Virus record (IMG/VR): IMGVR_UViG_2734482781_000007
Location: 1-24,254 of that record
DNA length: 24,254 nucleotides
Reading direction: 5' to 3' (one strand)
DNA from: a virus
Taxonomy: Duplodnaviria; Heunggongvirae; Uroviricota; Caudoviricetes
Under the pieces are notes generated by a model. It saw only the letters and a list, made by a program, of their open reading frames with translations, searched no databases and was not told the origin of the DNA. Position numbers and translations under genes: made by a program. Shown here piece after piece: positions 6,273-12,940 of this stretch. Within the stretch, counting starts at the first letter, position 1. Every line of letters starts with the position of its first letter.

Positions 6273-9095
6273 ATGACGGCAGAGCACATCAGGGACTGGC
6301 AACAACCGCGCCACGCAGTAGGGCGGGAAGGAACGGGGATCCCCGCACCTGAATCCGCGCTTTCTTCCTGGCTGGATGCCTACCGGGCAGAGAACGAGCA
6401 CCGCCAGGAAAAGGCTGATGCGGCGTTCTCCGCCACGCCACTGGGCAATCTGATTAATAAAAGCCTGGACGCACAGGAAAAACAGGACAAAACCATCACG
6501 CTGGCAGGAGACGCCAGAAGACAGGCACGCGGCGCGGTGGATGAAGCCATGGCCTCGCTGCGCCTGCTGCCGTCCTATCTGCGCGATCCGCTTATTCGCC
6601 ACCTCTCCTTCCTGCGCAAAAAACAGGAAGCCGATCGCCGGAAAGGAAAAAAGAACTGGCAGGCTGAACGTTACGCGCACGGAACCCTGCGCAAAATATT
6701 CGAACGTCTGGACTGCACCGACCGTCGCTGGCTGACTCCGGGTTATCGCTCCCTTGCCGGACGTGAACGCCTGGACGATTTGCTGTACCTGCCACAGCTC
6801 AACAAGCACCAGATACAGACGCTGGCCACCATGACGGCGGCGATGTTCAGCAGCACCTTCGAAAAGCTCTGCGATGGCTTTGGCGCGACCGATGGCGAGC
6901 TGACTATGGATATAACGCTGAAGGTGTATCAGATGCTGGCCCGCATGGCGTTACACCTGCACGCCATGCCTCCACATTATGACGCACTGACAACAGACAA
7001 AGACCGGAGGAACGAACCGGACACGGAGCTGCTGCCGGGCGCAATCCTTCGCCTGACCTGTGCGGAATGGTGGAAACGCAAACTGTGGCTGTTACGTTGC
7101 GAGTGGAGAGAAGAACAACTCCGCGCCGCCTGTCTGGTTTCCAGAAAAACATCACCCTATCTGAGCCAGGACGCGTTAAGCGAGTTTCGCGCACAGCGCG
7201 AGAAAACACGCGATTTCCTGAAAAGTTTCATGCTGGAAAATGAAGACGGGTTCACGATTGATCTCGAGACAGTGTATTACGCGGGAGTAAGTAACCCGGT
7301 TCACCGTAAGGCAGAAATGATGGCCACCATGAAGGGGTTGGAACTTCTGGCCGAAGCCCGTGGCGACAAAGCGGTGTTTCTGACTGTCACCTGCCCGTCA
7401 AAATACCACGCCACAACGGAGAACGGTCATCCGAATCCCAAATGGAACGGGGCCACAATGCGCGACTCCAGCGATTACCTGGTTAACACGTTTTTTGCGG
7501 CGGTCCGCAAAAAACTGAACCGCGACGGCCTGCGCTGGTATGGCATCCGCACGGTGGAGCCTCATCATGACGGCACCGTGCACTGGCATATGATGGTCTT
7601 TGCACATCCGGAAGAAATCGACACCATTGTGTCCCATACCCGCGATATTGCCATTCAGGAAGACCGCCACGAGCTGGGCAATGATATTACTCCGCGCTTT
7701 AAGGTGGAGTATGTCGACGGCTCAAAAGGCACGCCAACCAGCTACATCGCCACCTACATCGGAAAGAACCTGGACAGCCGCGCCGTGGATGGCATCGACC
7801 CGAAAACGGGCAAGCCACGCGTGGACCACGAAACCGGAAAATCAATGGCCGAGAGCGTGGAGCGCGCCATCGGCTGGGCGCGCCTTCACCGGGTCCGTCA
7901 GTTCCAGTTCTTTGGCATCCCCTCCCGTCAGGTGTGGCGTGAACTGCGCCGCCTTGCCAGCCAGATGGCACGCAATCCGGAAGGCCCGCAACGGCTGAAA
8001 GATGATGCAATGGATGCGGTACTCGCTGCCGCCGATGCCGGGTGTTTTGCCACCTACATTAAAAAACAGGGTGGCGTGCTTGTTCCACGCAAGGACTACC
8101 TGATTCGCACCGCCTACGACCTCGCAGATGAGCTGAACGATTACGGCGAACAGAGCGTACAGATTTACGGGATCTGGTCACCACTCATCGGGGAATCCTC
8201 CCGTGTGTGCACGCATCCGGATAACTGGAAGCTGGTAAGACGTAAACCGGAAGCGGAAGACAGCGCCCGCGAAAATGGTTTTGACCTTCAGGGCGGCCCT
8301 GCCGACCCTTGGACTCGTGGCAATAACTGTCCCCGTGTACAGGAAACAGACAACAACGGGACAGAACAGCCGGAAGAACGGCCAGCACTGTGGCCGCAGC
8401 TTCCTGACGGCGTTGATGTGGATGAATGGATGCGCTCACTGAAACGGCACGAACGCCGGGCGCTGATGCGTTCGCTTCGTGACAAACAGGCAAAAAACAG
8501 CAGTGATGAAATGCAGAGCTGGACACAGAGCCGCAAACAGCAGCGGCCTTTGCCTGATAACCACGAATTACTCGCTAAAGAATGGCGGGAGTCTGCTGAA
8601 TCTCTCGGCCTGCATATCGGTGAACAACAGATGCAGCACCTGTTACGGGGCGGCAGTCTGTACGTTGACGGCAGCATCATTGCACCGCAGGGATTTGAAA
8701 TTGTACGCAAACCGGATACCCGCCCGGACAGCCGAATCACGCAGCTCTGGCAGCGCCTGAGCCGTAATCACGGCGTAAGCAGCACGGAGATCCGCCATAA
8801 CCCGGTCTCCAGCTATCTGGCACAGCTCGGGGCATCAGACCCCGAAGCCGCCGCACGCCTGGCATCCACACTTCAGCAGGTCCAGAACACCATGAAAACA
8901 CCCGTTACCGTGCTTTCTGACATGCTGCGCGCCATTCGTGACGCGGAGCACGCACAGAGAATCAGAGAAACCACTGAACGCGCCCGCCGCAAAGCAAACC
9001 TGCTGAGGGCTGGCCTGACCAGTGGAAACAAAAAACAGACAGAAACGGGATTCACAAATCCCGTAAATGAGCAAAAAACGCGCCGCGATATATGA
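6273..9095 (+). CDS. A: Replication initiation endonuclease gpA (HUH rolling-circle initiator) with long C-terminal extension
   Basis: 940-aa ORF; HUH-like motif HWHMMVF and tyrosine pair in SYIATYIGKNLD, typical of P2 gpA/phiX174 A-type relaxases; last early gene before the accessory locus. Confidence 0.85.
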   Translation: MTAEHIRDWQQPRHAVGREGTGIPAPESALSSWLDAYRAENEHRQEKADAAFSATPLGNLINKSLDAQEKQDKTITLAGDARRQARGAVDEAMASLRLLPSYLRDPLIRHLSFLRKKQEADRRKGKKNWQAERYAHGTLRKIFERLDCTDRRWLTPGYRSLAGRERLDDLLYLPQLNKHQIQTLATMTAAMFSSTFEKLCDGFGATDGELTMDITLKVYQMLARMALHLHAMPPHYDALTTDKDRRNEPDTELLPGAILRLTCAEWWKRKLWLLRCEWREEQLRAACLVSRKTSPYLSQDALSEFRAQREKTRDFLKSFMLENEDGFTIDLETVYYAGVSNPVHRKAEMMATMKGLELLAEARGDKAVFLTVTCPSKYHATTENGHPNPKWNGATMRDSSDYLVNTFFAAVRKKLNRDGLRWYGIRTVEPHHDGTVHWHMMVFAHPEEIDTIVSHTRDIAIQEDRHELGNDITPRFKVEYVDGSKGTPTSYIATYIGKNLDSRAVDGIDPKTGKPRVDHETGKSMAESVERAIGWARLHRVRQFQFFGIPSRQVWRELRRLASQMARNPEGPQRLKDDAMDAVLAAADAGCFATYIKKQGGVLVPRKDYLIRTAYDLADELNDYGEQSVQIYGIWSPLIGESSRVCTHPDNWKLVRRKPEAEDSARENGFDLQGGPADPWTRGNNCPRVQETDNNGTEQPEERPALWPQLPDGVDVDEWMRSLKRHERRALMRSLRDKQAKNSSDEMQSWTQSRKQQRPLPDNHELLAKEWRESAESLGLHIGEQQMQHLLRGGSLYVDGSIIAPQGFEIVRKPDTRPDSRITQLWQRLSRNHGVSSTEIRHNPVSSYLAQLGASDPEAAARLASTLQQVQNTMKTPVTVLSDMLRAIRDAEHAQRIRETTERARRKANLLRAGLTSGNKKQTETGFTNPVNEQKTRRDI

Positions 9096-9136
9096 AGCGC
9101 GCACAAAACAGGCGAAAGCGGGATTTAAAAATCCCG
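9046..9136. repeat. Two copies of a palindrome-containing 22-bp repeat (CGGGATT-N4-AATCCCG followed by TAAA), 73 bp apart, upstream of parM
   Basis: Copy 1 at 9046-9063 (inside the 3' end of A), copy 2 at 9119-9136 (36 bp before the parM ATG); a GC-rich element GCGCGC..GCGCGC lies between. Confidence 0.6.
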
Positions 9137-9171
9137 TAAACGGTTAATTAACCAACATAAGGAAAATCGAC

Positions 9172-10131
9172 ATGAAAATTTGTATCGACGACGGCTCCAC
9201 CAACATCAAGCTGGCATGGACTGAGAATGGCGAACGCCGCAACGCCATCAGCCCGAACAGCTTCAAGTCGGAATGGTCTGCGCCGTTCGGTGGCATGCAA
9301 CCCGCGAACTACATGCTTGATGGCGTGCGCTATGGTTTTGATCCGGTCAGCGATCGCTTTGTCCAGACGACCGACACGCAATACCAGTACAGCGATGTGA
9401 ATGTAATCGCCATTCATCACGCGCTGGTCAAATCAGGCATCACGCCACAGGAGGTGGATGTGGTTGTCACCCTGCCACTGAGCGAGTATTTCGACACAAA
9501 CGCACAGCCGGACATGGCCAACATCAACCGCAAAAAAGCGAACGTTATGCGCCCGGTGGAGTACCAGAACGGTGAGGCATTCACTATCCGTAACGTGCGG
9601 GTTATGCCTGAATCCATTCCGGCAGGCTTTAAGGCACTGGCTGACATGAGTCCGTTTGAATCCCTGCTGATTGTGGATTTGGGCGGAACCACGCTGGATG
9701 TGGCAAAGGTTCAGGGGCAACTGGCAGGCATCAGCCAGGTATTTTGCGATCCACACGTAGGCGTTTCACTGATGACCGATGCCGTGCTGTCGGTGATGGC
9801 CACCAACGGTATGCGTACCAGCCACCACATCGCCAATACCATTATCGAACATCGCCACGATGAAGCCTGGCTGCGCCAGCACATCCACAATGACGCGCAT
9901 TACGCCAGCCTGGTGGCGGTTATTCGTGAAAAGGAAGAAACACTGAAACAACGCGTGATCCGCGCGCTGGCGGTTTTTTCGGGTTACGGGCGGGTGATGG
10001 TTGTCGGTGGAGGGGCGGAGATTGTGGCACCCGCTATCCGCGAAGCCTGCGGAGTTAATGCGACTTTCATCGCGGACGGGGTGCCACAGTTTGCTCTGGT
10101 TAATGGGCTGTACGCAATGGACAAGGAGTAA
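9172..10131 (+). CDS. parM: ParM/StbA-family actin-like segregation ATPase
   Basis: 319-aa ORF; N-terminus MKICIDDGSTNIKLAW closely parallels plasmid R1 ParM (MLVFIDDGSTNIKLQW as recalled); actin-fold motifs VDLGGTTLDVA and VVGGGAEIV; AAGGA SD 8 nt upstream. Confidence 0.8.
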   Translation: MKICIDDGSTNIKLAWTENGERRNAISPNSFKSEWSAPFGGMQPANYMLDGVRYGFDPVSDRFVQTTDTQYQYSDVNVIAIHHALVKSGITPQEVDVVVTLPLSEYFDTNAQPDMANINRKKANVMRPVEYQNGEAFTIRNVRVMPESIPAGFKALADMSPFESLLIVDLGGTTLDVAKVQGQLAGISQVFCDPHVGVSLMTDAVLSVMATNGMRTSHHIANTIIEHRHDEAWLRQHIHNDAHYASLVAVIREKEETLKQRVIRALAVFSGYGRVMVVGGGAEIVAPAIREACGVNATFIADGVPQFALVNGLYAMDKE

Positions 10132-10135
10132 ACCA

Positions 10136-10447
10136 ATGACGACACCAACCAGACGGATAAGTTTCTATCTGAAGCCCGCCGCCGTCAAGAACGAAGGCGA
10201 AGCATGCGCCTGGCTGGACAGCCTTACACCAGAAGCCCGCAAAAGCGGCCAACGCGTGGCTTTTCTGGCCGGGCTGGCACTTCTGAAAATGAATCCAGCA
10301 GAGGCTTACCGACTGGCTGCATGGGCTGATGATGAAGCGTTATCAGTGACACAAACCAGGACAGAACGCCCCGCATCACAGCCAGTATCAACCGCACAGA
10401 TAACCAGCCAGATGGCCGGAAATATCCGGGCGTTATTTCCCGAATAA
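10136..10447 (+). CDS. parR: ParR-like centromere-binding protein (ribbon-helix-helix type)
   Basis: 103-aa ORF from ATG 10136 (AAGGAG SD; the longer ORF-track reading from 10001 overlaps parM); RRISFYLKPAAV...LDSL...AFLAGLALL parallels R1 ParR as recalled; gene order parM-parR as in R1. Confidence 0.65.
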   Translation: MTTPTRRISFYLKPAAVKNEGEACAWLDSLTPEARKSGQRVAFLAGLALLKMNPAEAYRLAAWADDEALSVTQTRTERPASQPVSTAQITSQMAGNIRALFPE

Positions 10448-10452
10448 CACAA

Positions 10453-10476
10453 CATCAGGGCGAGTTCGCCCTGATG
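10453..10476. terminator. Perfect 10-bp-stem hairpin between convergent parR and the minus-strand cargo gene
   Basis: CATCAGGGCG-AGTT-CGCCCTGATG at 10453-10476; a U-rich tract follows only on the minus-strand transcript side. Confidence 0.5.
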
Positions 10477-10492
10477 CACAAAACATGCAAAA

Positions 10493-11089
10493 TCAGAATT
10501 TAGTATGCAATTTATCTACCAATCGCTTAGCCTCATTAAGCAGTTTTTGGTATTCCCTGCTATCGTTTTCCTGATCTTCATACGCTCGCCGAACACGCCA
10601 TCGAAGAGCAAGGCATTTTAAGTTCCGGTAAAACCTCGGATTACGCTTGCGGCACTCTTCCATATAAGGTTCAAAATGGACATCAAGAAAGATTAAGGTA
10701 GAACCATAAACACGATATAGATACCGCTCATCATACAAACCGTTATTCACGGCATTGGCACAACGCTCCCATTCATTAAAGATGAGCTTTAACGCTTTTG
10801 AACCATCTGTTTGAGAATATTCTTCTTTTCCCCAGTCTGCGATTGGGAAATTGTAGCGGTCCTTGTAGATACGCAGCACTTCAGACCACGCCTCAACTAT
10901 GTCTTTATTGCGTTTGTATGCCGCCTCAAAGTCCAACGAGTTTTTTTCGCGCGACGTCTTTCTTTGATTTCGTATACTAATCACTGCAATAAGCGCCCCT
11001 GCCACCCCCGGGTAGAAGGTAGGGCTGGAGTTCCAGATGTCTGAAAGAAACTTCCATCCACCACAAAGAATAGAAAGCACTAGATCCAT
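10493..11089 (-). CDS. Membrane-anchored hypothetical protein, AT-rich hotspot cargo (candidate phage-defence or exclusion protein)
   Basis: ORF 10493-11098; most likely start is ATG at 11089 (198 aa) because the ORF-track start is TTG. N-terminal hydrophobic segment (DLVLSILCGG...PGVAGALIAVISI), then a roughly 150-aa charged soluble domain with no recognised motif. Base composition visibly more AT-rich than flanking prophage DNA. Confidence 0.6.
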   Translation of the reverse strand: MDLVLSILCGGWKFLSDIWNSSPTFYPGVAGALIAVISIRNQRKTSREKNSLDFEAAYKRNKDIVEAWSEVLRIYKDRYNFPIADWGKEEYSQTDGSKALKLIFNEWERCANAVNNGLYDERYLYRVYGSTLIFLDVHFEPYMEECRKRNPRFYRNLKCLALRWRVRRAYEDQENDSREYQKLLNEAKRLVDKLHTKF

Positions 11090-11098
11090 TATTTTCAA

Positions 11099-11128
11099 CC
11101 ATAAAAAATGGGAGCCAAAGCCCCCATT
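11099..11128 (-). terminator. Intrinsic-terminator-like hairpin plus U-tract on the minus strand, about 10 nt upstream of the cargo gene start
   Basis: Minus-strand RNA AAUGGGGGC-UUUG-GCUCCCAUU followed by UUUUUAU (9-bp stem with one G-U pair). Confidence 0.45.
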
Positions 11129-11157
11129 CTACTGAAACTACTCTAAAAAAACAGGAG

Positions 11158-11202
11158 TTAAACGTCCCAGTTTTCTTCGCTATAGGTGCAGCGTACGGTC
11201 AT
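11158..11202 (-). other. Mini-ORF (14 codons, MTVRCTYSEENWDV) with GGAGA SD, upstream of the hairpin: possible leader peptide
   Basis: Minus-strand ATG at 11202, TAA at 11158-11160; sits 5' of the terminator-like hairpin and the cargo gene. Confidence 0.25.
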
Positions 11203-11443
11203 AGTTAGTCTCCTTTTTTCAATCATTTAAACATCACTAATTTACTTTTAACATGGAGATGGTTTTACAGTTGTCAACCACCTCCCCCAAATCTGTTGGG
11301 GTAAGCTATCACGCCTACCATACACATACAATGATGAGGCTATATCGTGTAGGCACACTGACAAGGATAAGTTCATCTTCTTCGCTGTCTTAATGTGACC
11401 AAATATAGCACATTTGAAGCGATATACATCCTGTAATGATACT

Positions 11444-11469
11444 GCACAATAGTGCACAAATTTGCACAA
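11444..11469. repeat. Three direct GCACAA repeats at exact 10-bp phasing in an AT-rich stretch
   Basis: GCACAA at 11444, 11454 and 11464, followed by a T7 run. Confidence 0.6.
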
Positions 11470-11494
11470 TTTTTTTGAACGACTTTTTGCCCTT

Positions 11495-11535
11495 CCGGCC
11501 CGCGTGGCGGCTGGATCCGTCAAGGATCCGTGCGT
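11495..11535. other. Candidate cos region (uncertain)
   Basis: GCGTGGCGG at 11501-11509 resembles the start of the 19-nt cohesive end of P2/186-type phages as recalled; tandem GGATCCGT repeats at 11513 and 11526; location between accessory locus and Q fits the P2 map. Exact cos not established. Confidence 0.25.
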
Positions 11536-11842
11536 GCACAAAAAAACGCGCTTTTTCTGCGCGCAGGTGACGGGGGAACAGCCCGCGTTTCAGGGGGTAA
11601 ATAGCATTCCCTGAACGATGTCGCAGAGATACAACAGAATGGCTGTATTTCTCACGCTGAGTGTGAAAAAGACGTGAGGGCTTTTGATTTGATGGGGTGA
11701 AAGGTAAGGCCGTCAAAATCGCACTGAGACGGCGAGAACATGCAGTCAACGCGGTGGGATTGCGTAAGAGTCTGACTGTCGATGATGGCAATCAGCAGGA
11801 AAGCATCGTGAAATTATCTGACTGATACAGGAGCTGGAGAGT

Positions 11843-11867
11843 CGGGGCATAAATTTTTTATGCCCCG
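11843..11867. repeat. Perfect inverted repeat with 11-bp arms (CGGGGCATAAA-TTT-TTTATGCCCCG) 27 bp downstream of Q
   Basis: Read directly from the sequence; no flanking U-tract on either strand. Confidence 0.6.
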
Positions 11868-11893
11868 GCGAAGCAGCAGACAAGCGAAGCGCG

Positions 11894-12940
11894 TCAGGAT
11901 GTGGGCTGGGTGTCTAACAGTGCGTAAGGGTTAAAGCGGATCACCTCTTCGCCAAGCCAGTCATTGATGTGCTTCATAGCCTCCATGACGGGCATCAGCT
12001 CGTTAATTGCGTAAACCCGCGCGGCCTTCTCCACATCACCAAACGCACTTTTTTCGCCCGGCATCGCCCCCATCAGTTGCGGCGGAACACGGTGCGCAGC
12101 CAGCACATCATCACGGGATGCCGCCTTAACATTCATGAACTCATCCTTTGCGGTGATCTGCTGGAACGGCAAAATTTGCACCCCCTCTTTGCCCCCGTTG
12201 GGCGCATGGATGAGCACGTTTTTAAACGCGCCACCACCACGTGCACCCTGTAGCGTTTCTTTCAGGGAGTCCATGCTTTCGCGGTTTACCTGCGCTGCAC
12301 CGATGTAGATGATGCACCCGGCGTGGGATCCATTGTCGTAATACAGTTTTCTGAACATGTCCGCCGAATGAGACAGGCTGGCCGAGAGTAATGCGCCAAG
12401 ATATTCCGGCATGCCGTAAATTTCCTGGTTAATATCCGGATTCATCAGGTGGCACACTTTGCCAGGGCGAAACTGGAACGCGTCCTTGCCATCCTGCACA
12501 TACCACCATGATTCAAGATCGCTTCCGCGTCGCATGTATTTCGCCAGTGCGTGCCGTAATTTAAGCGGTTCGCCGAGTATATTGCTTCTAAGCTCAAGGA
12601 ATGCGTTACCGAACACAAACCAGTCCAGCGCCAGCGCCGAGAAATCCTGCCGGGAAAGCAGCGGGTGCGGGATGTAGCAACCGAGTAATACATTGCGCTT
12701 AAAGTAAAGCGCAGACTGATGCCAGGACGTTTGCCGGGCTGCTCTTGCCAGACCGTACCAGTCCACCGGGGTTTCATACCACCGCCCGTTATCAGCACAG
12801 TACATATTGTCCAGCAGGTCATGCCCGGTCAGGCGATAAGGACCATCAAATGTGAATGCACTGAGCGATGATTCTTTCCTGAGCGCATCAGCGAGATCAA
12901 TGCGTGAACTCATGCGCACTTTTTTATTTTTTCTGCTCAT
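11894..12940 (-). CDS. Q: Portal protein gpQ
   Basis: 348-aa ORF, leftward, overlapping the P stop by one base; size and sequence consistent with P2 Q; first gene next to the cos region as in P2. Confidence 0.85.
   Translation of the reverse strand: MSRKNKKVRMSSRIDLADALRKESSLSAFTFDGPYRLTGHDLLDNMYCADNGRWYETPVDWYGLARAARQTSWHQSALYFKRNVLLGCYIPHPLLSRQDFSALALDWFVFGNAFLELRSNILGEPLKLRHALAKYMRRGSDLESWWYVQDGKDAFQFRPGKVCHLMNPDINQEIYGMPEYLGALLSASLSHSADMFRKLYYDNGSHAGCIIYIGAAQVNRESMDSLKETLQGARGGGAFKNVLIHAPNGGKEGVQILPFQQITAKDEFMNVKAASRDDVLAAHRVPPQLMGAMPGEKSAFGDVEKAARVYAINELMPVMEAMKHINDWLGEEVIRFNPYALLDTQPTS

Noticed and set aside
5736-6809. 357-aa minus-strand ORF
   Set aside because: Lies antisense across the 121-aa early gene and the 5' part of gene A, both strongly supported; low-complexity Gly/Ala/Arg/Val-rich translation typical of a shadow ORF in GC-rich coding DNA.
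9046-9136. Possible CRISPR array or tRNA
   Set aside because: Only two repeat copies with palindromic cores and no spacer-repeat periodicity; no cloverleaf-compatible tRNA-like sequence was recognised anywhere in the window.
10001-10135. Extended ParR start at 10001 (148-aa version)
   Set aside because: It would overlap the last 130 bp of parM in another frame; ATG 10136 has a canonical AAGGAG SD and gives a ParR-sized protein.
11248-11791. Minus-strand ORFs of 97 and 133 aa in the cos-proximal region
   Set aside because: They span the phased repeats, the cos-like motif and AT-rich spacer, lack convincing ribosome-binding sites and overlap each other; the region is more plausibly non-coding packaging and regulatory DNA.
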